DNA from: Escherichia coli
GTDB lineage: Bacteria > Pseudomonadota > Gammaproteobacteria > Enterobacterales > Enterobacteriaceae
Reading direction: 5' to 3' (one strand)
Length of the DNA: 64,000 nt
Assembly: GCF_044647545.1 (NCBI RefSeq)
Contig: NZ_CP172818.1
The notes beneath the pieces were generated by a model. The model was not told the DNA's origin, did not search any database, and was given only the letters and a program-made list of their open reading frames with translations. The position numbers and the translations under genes are program-made. Of this stretch, positions 49,246 through 64,000 are shown piece after piece (within the stretch, counting starts at the first letter, position 1; the number at the start of each line of letters is the position of its first letter).

Positions 49246-50022
49246 ATGTCTGTAGAAGATACTCAACCGCTTATCACGCATCTGATTGAGCTGCGTAAGC
49301 GTCTGCTGAACTGCATTATCGCGGTGATCGTGATATTCCTGTGTCTGGTCTATTTCGCCAATGACATCTATCACCTGGTATCCGCGCCATTGATCAAGCA
49401 GTTGCCGCAAGGTTCAACGATGATCGCCACCGACGTGGCCTCGCCGTTCTTTACGCCGATCAAGCTGACCTTTATGGTGTCGCTGATTCTGTCAGCGCCG
49501 GTGATTCTCTATCAGGTGTGGGCGTTTATCGCCCCAGCGCTGTATAAGCATGAACGTCGCCTGGTGGTGCCGCTGCTGGTTTCCAGCTCTCTGTTGTTTT
49601 ATATCGGCATGGCGTTCGCCTACTTTGTGGTCTTTCCGCTGGCATTTGGCTTCCTTGCCAATACCGCGCCGGAAGGGGTACAGGTATCCACCGACATCGC
49701 CAGCTATTTAAGCTTCGTTATGGCGCTGTTTATGGCGTTTGGTGTCTCCTTTGAAGTGCCTGTGGCAATTGTGCTGCTGTGCTGGATGGGGATTACCTCG
49801 CCAGAAGACTTACGCAAAAAACGCCCGTATGTGCTGGTTGGTGCATTCGTTGTCGGGATGTTGCTGACGCCGCCGGATGTCTTCTCGCAAACGCTGCTGG
49901 CGATCCCGATGTACTGCCTGTTTGAAATCGGTGTCTTCTTCTCTCGCTTTTACGTTGGTAAGGGTCGAAACCGGGAAGAGGAAAACGACGCTGAAGCAGA
50001 AAGCGAAAAAACTGAAGAATAA
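49246..50022 (+). CDS. tatC: twin-arginine translocase subunit TatC
   Basis: 258-aa 6-TM ORF. Confidence 0.95.
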
Positions 50023-50063
50023 ATTCAACCGCCCGTCAGGGCGGTTGTCATATGGAGTACAGG

Positions 50064-51376
<1,313 letters not shown>

Positions 51377-51497
51377 TTACGCTAAGTTAATTATATTCCC
51401 CGGTATGCGTTATACCGTCAGAGTTCACGCTAATTTAACAAATTTACAGCATCGCAAAGATGAACGCCGTATAATGGGCGCAGATTAAGAGGCTACA

Positions 51498-52991
51498 ATG
51501 GACGCCATGAAATATAACGATTTACGCGACTTCTTGACGCTGCTTGAACAGCAGGGTGAGCTAAAACGTATCACGCTCCCGGTGGATCCGCACCTGGAAA
51601 TCACTGAAATTGCTGACCGCACTTTGCGTGCCGGTGGGCCTGCGCTGTTGTTCGAAAACCCTAAAGGCTACTCAATGCCGGTGCTGTGCAACCTGTTCGG
51701 TACGCCAAAGCGCGTGGCGATGGGCATGGGGCAGGAAGATGTTTCGGCGCTGCGTGAAGTTGGTAAATTATTGGCGTTTCTGAAAGAGCCGGAGCCGCCA
51801 AAAGGTTTCCGCGACCTGTTTGATAAACTGCCGCAGTTTAAGCAAGTATTGAATATGCCGACAAAGCGACTGCGTGGTGCGCCCTGCCAACAAAAAATCG
51901 TCTCTGGCGATGACGTCGATCTCAATCGCATTCCCATTATGACCTGTTGGCCGGAAGATGCCGCGCCGCTGATTACCTGGGGGCTGACCGTAACGCGCGG
52001 TCCGCATAAAGAGCGTCAGAATCTGGGCATTTATCGCCAGCAGCTGATTGGTAAAAACAAACTGATTATGCGCTGGCTGTCGCATCGCGGTGGCGCGCTG
52101 GATTATCAGGAGTGGTGTGCGGCGCATCCGGGCGAACGTTTCCCGGTTTCTGTGGCGCTGGGTGCCGATCCCGCCACGATTCTCGGCGCAGTCACCCCCG
52201 TTCCGGATACGCTTTCAGAGTATGCGTTTGCCGGATTGCTGCGCGGCACCAAGACCGAAGTGGTGAAGTGTATCTCCAATGACCTGGAAGTGCCCGCCAG
52301 TGCGGAGATTGTGCTGGAAGGGTATATCGAACAAGGCGAAACTGCGCCGGAAGGGCCGTATGGCGACCACACCGGTTACTATAACGAAGTCGATAGTTTC
52401 CCGGTATTCACCGTGACGCATATTACCCAGCGTGAAGATGCGATTTACCATTCCACCTATACCGGGCGTCCGCCGGATGAACCTGCGGTGCTGGGTGTCG
52501 CACTGAACGAAGTGTTTGTGCCGATTCTGCAAAAACAGTTCCCGGAAATTGTCGATTTTTACCTGCCGCCGGAAGGATGTTCTTATCGTCTGGCGGTAGT
52601 GACGATCAAAAAACAGTACGCCGGACACGCGAAGCGCGTCATGATGGGCGTCTGGTCGTTTTTACGCCAGTTTATGTACACTAAGTTTGTGATCGTTTGC
52701 GATGATGACGTCAACGCACGCGACTGGAACGATGTGATTTGGGCGATTACCACCCGTATGGACCCGGCGCGGGACACGGTGTTGGTCGAAAATACGCCTA
52801 TTGATTATCTGGATTTTGCCTCGCCTGTGTCCGGGCTGGGTTCAAAAATGGGGCTGGATGCCACGAATAAATGGCCGGGGGAAACCCAGCGTGAATGGGG
52901 ACGTCCCATCAAAAAAGATCCAGATGTTGTCGCGCATATTGACGCCATCTGGGATGAACTGGCTATTTTTAACAACGGTAAAAGCGCCTGA
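51498..52991 (+). CDS. ubiD: 3-octaprenyl-4-hydroxybenzoate decarboxylase
   Basis: 497-aa [28 protein letters not shown]... Confidence 0.95.
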   Translation: MDAMKYNDLRDFLTLLEQQGELKRITLPVDPHLEITEIADRTLRAGGPALLFENPKGYSMPVLCNLFGTPKRVAMGMGQEDVSALREVGKLLAFLKEPEPPKGFRDLFDKLPQFKQVLNMPTKRLRGAPCQQKIVSGDDVDLNRIPIMTCWPEDAAPLITWGLTVTRGPHKERQNLGIYRQQLIGKNKLIMRWLSHRGGALDYQEWCAAHPGERFPVSVALGADPATILGAVTPVPDTLSEYAFAGLLRGTKTEVVKCISNDLEVPASAEIVLEGYIEQGETAPEGPYGDHTGYYNEVDSFPVFTVTHITQREDAIYHSTYTGRPPDEPAVLGVALNEVFVPILQKQFPEIVDFYLPPEGCSYRLAVVTIKKQYAGHAKRVMMGVWSFLRQFMYTKFVIVCDDDVNARDWNDVIWAITTRMDPARDTVLVENTPIDYLDFASPVSGLGSKMGLDATNKWPGETQREWGRPIKKDPDVVAHIDAIWDELAIFNNGKSA

Positions 52992-53036
52992 TGCGCGTTT
53001 GTTTTGCCCTATTTATCGATCCGACAGAGAAAGCGC

Positions 53037-53738
53037 ATGACAACCTTAAGCTGTAAAGTGACCTCGGTAGAAGCTATCACGGATACCGTATACCGTGTCC
53101 GAATCGTACCAGACGCGGCCTTTTCTTTTCGTGCTGGTCAGTATTTGATGGTAGTGATGGATGAGCGTGACAAACGTCCGTTCTCAATGGCTTCGACGCC
53201 GGATGAAAAAGGTTTCATCGAGCTGCATATTGGCGCTTCTGAAATCAACCTTTACGCGAAAGCAGTCATGGACCGCATTCTTAAAGATCATCAAATCGTG
53301 GTCGATATTCCGCACGGTGAGGCATGGCTGCGCGATGATGAAGAACGTCCGATGATTTTGATTGCGGGTGGCACCGGGTTCTCTTATGCGCGCTCGATTT
53401 TGCTGACGGCGCTGGCGCGTAACCCAAACCGTGATATCACCATTTACTGGGGCGGGCGTGAAGAGCAGCATCTTTATGATCTCTCCGAGCTTGAGGCGCT
53501 TTCGTTGAAGCATCCTGGTCTACAAGTGGTGCCGGTGGTTGAACAACCGGAAGCGGGCTGGCGTGGGCGTACTGGCACCGTGTTAACGGCGGTATTGCAG
53601 GATCATGGTACGCTGGCAGAGCATGATATCTATATTGCCGGACGTTTTGAGATGGCGAAAATTGCCCGTGACCTGTTTTGCAGCGAGCGTAATGCGCGGG
53701 AAGATCGCCTGTTTGGCGATGCGTTTGCATTTATCTGA
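53037..53738 (+). CDS. fre: NAD(P)H-flavin reductase
   Basis: 233 aa from ATG 53037 ([24 protein letters not shown]...). Confidence 0.95.
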   Translation: MTTLSCKVTSVEAITDTVYRVRIVPDAAFSFRAGQYLMVVMDERDKRPFSMASTPDEKGFIELHIGASEINLYAKAVMDRILKDHQIVVDIPHGEAWLRDDEERPMILIAGGTGFSYARSILLTALARNPNRDITIYWGGREEQHLYDLSELEALSLKHPGLQVVPVVEQPEAGWRGRTGTVLTAVLQDHGTLAEHDIYIAGRFEMAKIARDLFCSERNAREDRLFGDAFAFI

Positions 53739-53749
53739 GATATAAAAAA

Positions 53750-53768
53750 CCCGCCCCTGACAGGCGGG
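53750..53768. terminator. hairpin between fre and the fadBA 3' end; looks bidirectional
   Basis: cccgcc-cctgaca-ggcggg stem-loop with an A-run on the + strand 5' side (U-run for minus-strand transcripts). Confidence 0.45.
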
Positions 53769-53810
53769 AAGAACGGCAACTAAAACTTTATACAGTGGCA
53801 TTTAGATCGT

Positions 53811-53920
53811 CGCATCCGGCAATCGGTGCACGATGCCTGATGCGACGCTGGCGCTTCTTATCAGACCCACATGGGTGCAGGATCGGTAGACCGGATAAGG
53901 CGTTCACGCCGCATCCGGCA
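53811..53920. repeat. REP elements
   Basis: cgcatccggcaatcggtgcacgatgcctgatgcgacgctggcgc and ccggataaggcgttcacgccgcatccggca. Confidence 0.75.
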
Positions 53921-53925
53921 AGTGG

Positions 53926-55098
<1,173 letters not shown>

Positions 55099-57288
55099 TT
55101 AAGCCGTTTTCAGGTCGCCAACCGGACGGGCTGGCTCAACCGGGGGATAGTACGGTTCGTTATGACGCGCTTTATTACGCAGACCTTCCGGCACTTCATA
55201 CATCGGGCCGAGGTGCTGATATTGTTGTGCCATATCGAGGTATTTTGCGCTACCGAGGGTGTCCAGCCAGCGGAACGCGCCGCCGTGGAACGGAGGGAAC
55301 CCCAGTCCGTAGACCAGCGCCATATCCGCTTCTGCTGGAGTGGCGATAATGCCTTCTTCCAGACAGCGCACCACTTCGTTGACCATCGGGATCATCATGC
55401 GGGCGATAATCTCTTCTTCGCTGAAATCGCGCTTCGCGTGGCTGACCTCTGCCAGCAGGTCGTCAACGACGGCGTCTTCTTCTTTCTTCGGCTTGCCTTT
55501 ACTGTCTTCTTTATAACGCCAGAAACCGAGGCCGTTCTTCTGACCAAAACGGTTGGCATCAAACAGCGCATCGATGGCATCGCGGTAATCTTTCTGCATC
55601 CGCTGCGGGAAGCCTGCTGTCATCACCGCCTGAGCGTGATGCGCGGTATCAATCCCCACAACGTCCAGCAGATATGCCGGCCCCATCGGCCAGCCAAACT
55701 GTTTTTCCATCACTTTGTCGATCTTGCGGAAATCCGCGCCGTCGCGCAGCAGCTGGCTGAAACCCGCGAAGTAGGGGAACAGCACGCGGTTAACGAAGAA
55801 TCCGGGGCAGTCGTTAACCACAATCGGCGTCTTGCCCATCTTGCTCGCCCATGCGACGACTTTCGCGATGGTTTCGTCGGAGCTTTTCTCGCCGCGAATA
55901 ATTTCCACCAACGGCATCCGGTGCACCGGGTTAAAGAAGTGCATCCCGCAGAAGTTTTCCGGACGTTCCAGCGCGTTGGCCAGTTCGCTGATAGGAATGG
56001 TTGAAGTGTTAGACGCCAGCACGGTATCCGGGCGTACTTTCTGCTCGGTTTCTGCCAGCACGGCTTTTTTCACTTTCGGGTTTTCAACAACCGCTTCTAC
56101 CACAACATCCACGCGGTCAAACCCGGCGTAGTCGAGCGTTGGGTGAATTGTGGAGATCACGCCAGCCAGTTTCAGACCATCGATCTTGCCGCGCTCAAGC
56201 TGCTTGTTCAGCAGTTTCGCGGCTTCGGTCATGCCGAGGGTTAACGACTTGTCGTTGATATCTTTCATGACAACCGGCACGCCTTTCCACGCAGACTGGT
56301 AAGCGATGCCGCCGCCCATAATGCCTGCGCCCAGCACAGCGGCCTGTTTCGGGGTTTCAACATCTTTGGTGAGTTTCTTCGCTTTACCTTTTACATATTG
56401 ATCGTTAAGGAAAATGCCGACCAGTGCGCGGGCTTCGTTGGTATGCGCCAGCGGGACAAAACTTTTGTTTTCCAGGTTTAAGGCTTCTTCACGACCAAAA
56501 CGGGCCGCAGCTTCAATGGTTTTTACTGCGGTGATGGGGGCCGGATAATGTTTCCCCGCCGTTTGCGCGACCATCCCTTTAGCGATGGTGAAGCTCATGG
56601 TGACTTCAATCTTGCTCAGTTTTAGCGGTTCCAGCTTCGGCTGACGTTTTGCTTTCCAGTCGAGGTCGCCGTTAATGGCCTGGCGTAAAATCGCCATCGC
56701 CCCTTCAACCAGTTTTTCTGCTTTGACTACGCCATCCACCAGACCGATTTTCAGCGCCTGATCCGCGCCGACATCTTTACCGGCGGCAATGATTTCCAGC
56801 GCACTGTCAGCGCCCAGCATACGTGGCATACGTACAGAACCGCCAAAGCCCGGCATGATGCCCAGTTTAGTTTCCGGCAGACCGATGCGCAGATCCGGCG
56901 TCGCCAGACGATAATCGGTCGCCAGCACGCATTCGCAGCCACCGCCCAGCGCATAGCCGTTGACAGCAGCAATGGTCGGCACCGGCAGATCCTCCAGGCG
57001 ATTAAACACGCTATTGGCAAAGTGTAGCCACTGACTTAACTGTTCTTCAGGAACGAGGAACAGGGACAAAAATTCGGTGATATCAGCACCGACGATAAAG
57101 GCTGCTTTGTTCGAACGCAGCAGCAGCCCTTTTAGATCTGATTGCTGTTCCAGCACGCCGATGGCCTCGCCGAGGCTGGCGACGGTGGCAGTGTCGAGTT
57201 TATTAACTGAACCTGGGGCATCAAATACCAGTTCGGCAATGCCATCTTCCAGCCAGTCAAGGTACAGGGTGTCGCCTTTGTAAAGCAT
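55099..57288 (-). CDS. fadB: fatty-acid oxidation complex alpha subunit (enoyl-CoA hydratase / 3-hydroxyacyl-CoA dehydrogenase)
   Basis: 729 aa from ATG at 57288 ([32 protein letters not shown]...) with AGGAG RBS; the longer ORF-track start is rejected. Confidence 0.95.
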   Translation of the reverse strand: MLYKGDTLYLDWLEDGIAELVFDAPGSVNKLDTATVASLGEAIGVLEQQSDLKGLLLRSNKAAFIVGADITEFLSLFLVPEEQLSQWLHFANSVFNRLEDLPVPTIAAVNGYALGGGCECVLATDYRLATPDLRIGLPETKLGIMPGFGGSVRMPRMLGADSALEIIAAGKDVGADQALKIGLVDGVVKAEKLVEGAMAILRQAINGDLDWKAKRQPKLEPLKLSKIEVTMSFTIAKGMVAQTAGKHYPAPITAVKTIEAAARFGREEALNLENKSFVPLAHTNEARALVGIFLNDQYVKGKAKKLTKDVETPKQAAVLGAGIMGGGIAYQSAWKGVPVVMKDINDKSLTLGMTEAAKLLNKQLERGKIDGLKLAGVISTIHPTLDYAGFDRVDVVVEAVVENPKVKKAVLAETEQKVRPDTVLASNTSTIPISELANALERPENFCGMHFFNPVHRMPLVEIIRGEKSSDETIAKVVAWASKMGKTPIVVNDCPGFFVNRVLFPYFAGFSQLLRDGADFRKIDKVMEKQFGWPMGPAYLLDVVGIDTAHHAQAVMTAGFPQRMQKDYRDAIDALFDANRFGQKNGLGFWRYKEDSKGKPKKEEDAVVDDLLAEVSHAKRDFSEEEIIARMMIPMVNEVVRCLEEGIIATPAEADMALVYGLGFPPFHGGAFRWLDTLGSAKYLDMAQQYQHLGPMYEVPEGLRNKARHNEPYYPPVEPARPVGDLKTA

Positions 57289-57313
57289 GTCAGTCTCCTG
57301 AATCCGCAAGGTG

Positions 57314-57330
57314 ATCTGGTCGTACCAGAT
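57314..57330 (-). promoter_or_regulatory. FadR operator of fadBA
   Basis: palindromic atctggtcgtaccagat (gene-strand ATCTGGTACGACCAGAT) 26 nt upstream of the fadB start. Confidence 0.7.
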
Positions 57331-57477
57331 GAATCGAAGTGTGTATTTTGTGTTAAAAATATGCAAACAAAAGATTAAAGAAATGCCGATCTGATCACGC
57401 TCGGCAGAAATCACGCTCTGGATGAACGATGTGCTAAGATGCGGAGACTTAAGGTCAAAAAAACAGAAGGGTAAAAA

Positions 57478-58809
57478 ATGGAATCACTGGCCTCACTCTA
57501 TAAAAATCATATAGCTACCTTACAAGAACGGACTCGCGATGCGCTGGCGCGCTTCAAGCTGGATGCGTTACTTATTCACTCCGGCGAACTGTTCAACGTT
57601 TTTCTCGACGATCATCCCTATCCGTTTAAAGTGAACCCGCAATTCAAAGCGTGGGTGCCGGTAACTCAGGTGCCAAACTGCTGGTTGCTGGTGGATGGCG
57701 TGAACAAGCCGAAACTGTGGTTTTATCTGCCGGTTGATTACTGGCACAACGTCGAACCGCTGCCGAACTCCTTCTGGACTGAAGATGTGGAAGTGATCGC
57801 GCTGCCGAAAGCCGATGGCATTGGTAGCCTGCTGCCTGCTGCGCGCGGCAATATCGGTTATATCGGTCCGGTGCCGGAACGTGCGCTGCAACTGGGTATT
57901 GAGGCCAGCAACATCAACCCGAAAGGGGTGATCGACTACCTGCATTACTACCGCTCCTTCAAAACCGAGTACGAACTGGCCTGTATGCGTGAAGCGCAGA
58001 AAATGGCGGTCAACGGTCATCGTGCGGCAGAAGAAGCGTTCCGTTCTGGCATGAGCGAGTTCGATATCAATATTGCCTATCTGACCGCGACCGGTCATCG
58101 TGATACTGACGTACCTTACAGCAACATTGTGGCGCTTAACGAACACGCTGCGGTGTTGCATTACACCAAACTGGACCACCAGGCACCGGAAGAGATGCGC
58201 AGCTTCCTGCTGGATGCCGGGGCCGAATATAACGGCTATGCGGCTGACCTGACCCGTACCTGGTCGGCAAAAAGCGACAACGACTACGCACAGCTGGTGA
58301 AAGACGTAAATGATGAACAACTGGCGCTGATCGCCACCATGAAAGCAGGCGTCAGCTATGTGGATTATCACATCCAGTTCCATCAGCGCATCGCCAAACT
58401 GCTGCGTAAACATCAAATCATCACCGATATGAGTGAAGAAGCGATGGTCGAAAACGATCTCACCGGACCTTTTATGCCGCACGGTATCGGTCATCCGCTG
58501 GGCCTGCAGGTGCATGACGTAGCTGGCTTTATGCAAGATGATAGCGGTACGCACCTCGCGGCACCGGCAAAATATCCGTACCTGCGCTGCACCCGTATTC
58601 TCCAGCCGGGCATGGTGTTAACCATCGAACCGGGTATCTACTTCATCGAATCGCTGCTGGCACCGTGGCGTGAAGGGCAGTTCAGCAAGCACTTCAACTG
58701 GCAGAAAATTGAAGCACTGAAACCGTTCGGCGGCATTCGTATCGAAGACAATGTGGTGATCCACGAAAACAGCGTGGAAAACATGACCCGGGATCTGAAA
58801 CTGGCGTGA
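57478..58809 (+). CDS. pepQ: Xaa-Pro dipeptidase (prolidase)
   Basis: 443-aa [40 protein letters not shown]... Confidence 0.95.
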   Translation: MESLASLYKNHIATLQERTRDALARFKLDALLIHSGELFNVFLDDHPYPFKVNPQFKAWVPVTQVPNCWLLVDGVNKPKLWFYLPVDYWHNVEPLPNSFWTEDVEVIALPKADGIGSLLPAARGNIGYIGPVPERALQLGIEASNINPKGVIDYLHYYRSFKTEYELACMREAQKMAVNGHRAAEEAFRSGMSEFDINIAYLTATGHRDTDVPYSNIVALNEHAAVLHYTKLDHQAPEEMRSFLLDAGAEYNGYAADLTRTWSAKSDNDYAQLVKDVNDEQLALIATMKAGVSYVDYHIQFHQRIAKLLRKHQIITDMSEEAMVENDLTGPFMPHGIGHPLGLQVHDVAGFMQDDSGTHLAAPAKYPYLRCTRILQPGMVLTIEPGIYFIESLLAPWREGQFSKHFNWQKIEALKPFGGIRIEDNVVIHENSVENMTRDLKLA

Positions 58810-59423
58810 TGGAAAGCTGGTTAATTCCTGCGGCACCGGTCACGGTCGTTGAAGAGATCAAAAAAAGCCGCTTCATAACGATGTTGGCGCATACCGATGG
58901 CGTTGAGGCGGCGAAAGCGTTTGTTGAATCGGTACGGGCAGAACACCCCGATGCCCGCCACCATTGCGTAGCGTGGGTGGCGGGTGCGCCGGATGATTCT
59001 CAACAGCTCGGTTTCTCTGACGACGGGGAACCGGCGGGAACGGCCGGTAAACCGATGCTCGCCCAACTAATGGGCAGCGGCGTCGGGGAAATTACCGCTG
59101 TGGTGGTGCGCTACTACGGCGGCATATTGCTTGGTACCGGTGGGTTAGTGAAAGCGTATGGCGGCGGCGTGAATCAGGCGCTGCGCCAGCTAACGACCCA
59201 ACGCAAGACGCCATTAACCGAATATACTTTGCAATGTGAATATAGTCAGTTAACCGGCATTGAAGCGTTGCTGGGGCAGTGTGACGGCAAAATTATCAAC
59301 AGTGATTATCAGGCATTCGTTCTGCTGCGGGTGGCGCTTCCGGCGGCGAAAGTGGCTGAATTTTCCGCAAAGCTGGCGGATTTTAGCCGTGGTTCATTGC
59401 AATTGTTAGCGATTGAAGAATAA
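58809..59423 (+). CDS. yigZ: IMPACT-family protein
   Basis: 204 aa from ATG 58809, overlapping the pepQ stop by 1 nt. Confidence 0.85.
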   Translation: MESWLIPAAPVTVVEEIKKSRFITMLAHTDGVEAAKAFVESVRAEHPDARHHCVAWVAGAPDDSQQLGFSDDGEPAGTAGKPMLAQLMGSGVGEITAVVVRYYGGILLGTGGLVKAYGGGVNQALRQLTTQRKTPLTEYTLQCEYSQLTGIEALLGQCDGKIINSDYQAFVLLRVALPAAKVAEFSAKLADFSRGSLQLLAIEE

Positions 59424-59461
59424 TCCCCACTTCGTTTTGCAGAACTAAGGAAGCGGCAGAG

Positions 59462-60913
59462 ATGCATTTTCGCGCCATTACCCGAATCGTTGGACTACTG
59501 GTCATCTTATTTTCAGGGACCATGATTATCCCTGGGCTGGTAGCACTCATCTACCGGGATGGAGCGGGCCGCGCTTTTACCCAGACCTTTTTTGTCGCCC
59601 TCGCCATTGGCTCTATGCTGTGGTGGCCGAACCGCAAAGAGAAGGGCGAACTGAAATCCCGTGAGGGGTTTCTGATAGTGGTGCTGTTCTGGACCGTGCT
59701 GGGTAGCGTCGGTGCGCTCCCTTTTATCTTCTCGGAAAGCCCGAACCTCACGATTACCGATGCGTTTTTTGAATCTTTCTCTGGCCTGACCACCACGGGA
59801 GCCACTACGCTGGTGGGGCTGGATTCGCTCCCTCATGCCATCCTCTTTTATCGCCAGATGCTGCAATGGTTTGGCGGGATGGGGATCATCGTGCTGGCGG
59901 TTGCGATACTGCCTATCCTCGGCGTGGGTGGGATGCAGCTCTATCGCGCAGAAATGCCCGGCCCGCTGAAAGATAACAAAATGCGCCCGCGAATTGCGGA
60001 AACGGCGAAAACCCTGTGGTTGATTTATGTCTTGCTGACCGTCGCCTGTGCGCTGGCGTTGTGGTTTGCCGGAATGGATGCCTTTGATGCCATCGGCCAT
60101 AGCTTTGCGACTATCGCTATTGGCGGCTTCTCGACACATGATGCCAGTATCGGTTATTTCGACAGCCCGACTATTAACACTATCATTGCTATCTTCCTGC
60201 TGATCTCCGGCTGTAACTACGGTCTGCACTTTTCACTGTTAAGTGGGCGTAGTCTGAAGGTTTATTGGCGCGATCCGGAATTTCGCATGTTTATCGGCGT
60301 ACAGTTTACGCTGGTGATTATTTGTACCCTCGTGCTGTGGTTTCATAATGTCTATAGTTCGGCGCTGATGACAATTAACCAGGCGTTTTTCCAGGTGGTG
60401 TCGATGGCGACAACCGCCGGGTTTACGACTGACAGCATTGCCCGCTGGCCGCTCTTTTTGCCGGTACTGCTCTTATGTTCAGCTTTTATCGGCGGTTGTG
60501 CCGGGTCAACGGGCGGTGGCCTGAAAGTGATCCGCATCCTGCTGCTGTTTAAGCAGGGGAACCGTGAGCTGAAACGACTGGTGCATCCGAACGCCGTCTA
60601 CAGCATTAAGCTGGGGAATCGCGCACTGCCGGAACGTATCCTCGAAGCCGTTTGGGGATTTTTCTCCGCCTATGCATTGGTGTTTATTGTCAGTATGCTG
60701 GCGATTATCGCCACGGGCGTGGATGACTTTTCTGCCTTTGCCTCGGTTGTTGCGACATTGAATAACCTGGGGCCAGGGCTTGGTGTGGTTGCTGATAACT
60801 TTACCAGTATGAACCCGGTGGCTAAATGGATCCTGATTGCCAACATGCTGTTTGGTCGTCTTGAGGTCTTTACATTGCTGGTGCTCTTTACCCCGACTTT
60901 CTGGCGTGAATGA
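59462..60913 (+). CDS. trkH: potassium uptake protein TrkH
   Basis: 483-aa polytopic membrane ORF. Confidence 0.95.
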   Translation: MHFRAITRIVGLLVILFSGTMIIPGLVALIYRDGAGRAFTQTFFVALAIGSMLWWPNRKEKGELKSREGFLIVVLFWTVLGSVGALPFIFSESPNLTITDAFFESFSGLTTTGATTLVGLDSLPHAILFYRQMLQWFGGMGIIVLAVAILPILGVGGMQLYRAEMPGPLKDNKMRPRIAETAKTLWLIYVLLTVACALALWFAGMDAFDAIGHSFATIAIGGFSTHDASIGYFDSPTINTIIAIFLLISGCNYGLHFSLLSGRSLKVYWRDPEFRMFIGVQFTLVIICTLVLWFHNVYSSALMTINQAFFQVVSMATTAGFTTDSIARWPLFLPVLLLCSAFIGGCAGSTGGGLKVIRILLLFKQGNRELKRLVHPNAVYSIKLGNRALPERILEAVWGFFSAYALVFIVSMLAIIATGVDDFSAFASVVATLNNLGPGLGVVADNFTSMNPVAKWILIANMLFGRLEVFTLLVLFTPTFWRE

Positions 60914-60924
60914 TGGAGTAATAC

Positions 60925-61470
60925 GTGAAAACATTAATTCTTTTCTCAACAAGGGACGGACAAACGCGCGAGATTGCCTCCTACCTGGCTTCGGAACTGA
61001 AAGAACTGGGTATCCAGGCGGATGTTGCTAATGTACACCGCATTGAAGAACCACAGTGGGAAAACTACGACCGTGTGGTCATTGGAGCTTCTATTCGCTA
61101 CGGTCATTACCATTCAGCGTTCCAGGCATTTGTCAAAAAGCATGCCACCCAGCTGAACTCAATGCCGAGCGCCTTTTACTCTGTCAACCTGGTGGCACGC
61201 AAGCCGGAGAAGCGGACTGTGCAGACCAACAGCTACGCCCGAAAGTTTCTGATGAACTCACAATGGCGCCCCGATCGCTGTGCCGTCATTGCCGGGGCGC
61301 TGCGTTATCCACGCTATCGTTGGTACGACCGTTTTATGATCAAGCTGATTATGAAGATGTCAGGCGGTGAAACGGATACGCGCAAAGAAGTTGTCTATAC
61401 CGATTGGGAGCAGGTGGCGAATTTCGCCCGAGAAATCGCCCATTTAACCGACAAACCGACGCTGAAATAA
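60925..61470 (+). CDS. hemG: menaquinone-dependent protoporphyrinogen oxidase (flavodoxin-like)
   Basis: 181-aa ORF from GTG 60925 ([22 protein letters not shown]...). Confidence 0.95.
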   Translation: MKTLILFSTRDGQTREIASYLASELKELGIQADVANVHRIEEPQWENYDRVVIGASIRYGHYHSAFQAFVKKHATQLNSMPSAFYSVNLVARKPEKRTVQTNSYARKFLMNSQWRPDRCAVIAGALRYPRYRWYDRFMIKLIMKMSGGETDTRKEVVYTDWEQVANFAREIAHLTDKPTLK

Positions 61471-61519
61471 GCATAAAGAATAAAAAATGCGCGGTCAGAA
61501 AATTATTTTAAATTTCCTC

Positions 61520-61547
61520 TTGTCAGGCCGGAATAACTCCCTATAAT
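61520..61547 (+). promoter_or_regulatory. rRNA operon promoter P1
   Basis: -35 ttgtca (61520..61525) and -10 tataat (61542..61547), 16-bp spacer, AT-rich UP-element-like sequence upstream. Confidence 0.8.
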
Positions 61548-61638
61548 GCGCCACCACTGACACGGAACAACGGCAAACACGCCGCCGGGTCAGCGGGGTT
61601 CTCCTGAGAATTCCGGCAGAGAAAGCAAAAATAAATGC

Positions 61639-61666
61639 TTGACTCTGTAGCGGGAAAGCGTATTAT
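61639..61666 (+). promoter_or_regulatory. rRNA operon promoter P2
   Basis: -35 ttgact (61639..61644) and -10 tattat (61661..61666), 16-bp spacer. Confidence 0.75.
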
Positions 61667-61703
61667 GCACACCCCGCGCCGCTGAGAAAAAGCGAAGCGG
61701 CAC

Positions 61704-61716
61704 TGCTCTTTAACAA
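61704..61716 (+). promoter_or_regulatory. boxA antitermination element of the rRNA leader
   Basis: tgctctttaacaa. Confidence 0.8.
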
Positions 61717-61847
61717 TTTATCAGACAATCTGTGTGGGCACTCGAAGATACGGATTCTTAACGTCGCAAGACGAAAAATGAATACCAAGTCTCAAGAGTG
61801 AACACGTAATTCATTACGAAGTTTAATTCTTTGAGCATCAAACTTTT

Positions 61848-63389
<1,542 letters not shown>

Positions 63390-63457
63390 CCTTAAAGAAG
63401 CGTACTTTGCAGTGCTCACACAGATTGTCTGATGAAAATGAGCAGTAAAACCTCTAC

Positions 63458-63534
<77 letters not shown>

Positions 63535-63576
63535 AATTTGCACCGCAAATTTGAAGAGGTTTTAACTACATGTTAT

Positions 63577-63652
63577 GGGGCTATAGCTCAGCTGGGAGAG
63601 CGCCTGCTTTGCACGCAGGAGGTCTGCGGTTCGATCCCGCATAGCTCCACCA
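63577..63652 (+). tRNA. alaT: tRNA-Ala (anticodon UGC), 16S-23S spacer
   Basis: ggggctatagctcagctgggagagcgcctgctttgcacgcaggaggtctgcggttcgatcccgcatagctccacca. Confidence 0.95.
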
Positions 63653-63835
63653 TCTCTGTAGTGATTAAATAAAAAATACTTCAGAGTGTACCTGCAAAGG
63701 TTCACTGCGAAGTTTTGCTCTTTAAAAATCTGGATCAAGCTGAAAATTGAAACACTGAACAACGAAAGTTGTTCGTGAGTCTCTCAAATTTTCGCAACAC
63801 GATGATGAGTCGAAAGAAACATCTTCGGGTTGTGA

Positions 63836-64000
63836 GGTTAAGCGACTAAGCGTACACGGTGGATGCCCTGGCAGTCAGAGGCGATGAAGGACGTGCTAAT
63901 CTGCGATAAGCGTCGGTGAGGTGATATGAACCGTTATAACCGGCGATTTCCGAATGGGGAAACCCAGTGTGTTTCGACACACTATCATTAACTGAATCCA
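63836..64000 (+). rRNA. rrlA: 23S ribosomal RNA, 5' end (continues beyond window)
   Basis: ggttaagcgactaagcgtacacggtggatgccctggcagtcagaggcgatgaaggacgtg. Confidence 0.95.

Noticed and set aside
50027-50046. Stem-loop aaccgccc-gtca-gggcggtt between tatC and tatD
   Set aside because: No U-run follows, so it is not a convincing intrinsic terminator; possibly an RNA processing or stability element, evidence insufficient.

Overview
This window reads as a core chromosomal segment of Escherichia coli (K-12-like, roughly the 85-86.5 min region), annotated from memory of the gene families and the supplied ORF track; no database search was run. Gene order is wecE(partial)-wzxE-wecF-wzyE-wecG-yifK, the argX-hisR-leuT-proM tRNA cluster, aslB/aslA, glmZ sRNA, hemYXDC, cyaA, cyaY, yifL-dapF-yigA-xerC-yigB, uvrD, yigE, corA, yigF/yigG, rarD, yigI, pldA, recQ, rhtC/rhtB, pldB-yigL-yigM, metR/metE, ysgA, udp, rmuC-ubiE-ubiJ-ubiB, tatABCD, rfaH, ubiD, fre, fadAB, pepQ-yigZ-trkH-hemG, then the start of an rRNA operon (16S, tRNA-Ile, tRNA-Ala, 5' end of 23S). 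I found no IS elements, prophage, CRISPR array or defence island. The unusual content is three non-coding tracts that I do not recall in the K-12 layout, all G-poor on the + strand and low in complexity: a 55-nt poly(A) run between glmZ and hemY, about 0.66 kb of homopolymer-rich sequence between uvrD and yigE next to a short chloramphenicol-acetyltransferase-like ORF fragment, and about 1.27 kb of ORF-free sequence between udp and rmuC that coincides with loss of the udp stop codon. I read these as most likely assembly artefacts or synthetic filler rather than a new biological system, but they are the parts worth re-checking. Smaller deviations are an in-frame stop in yigF and a hexanucleotide repeat at the hemX 3' end.
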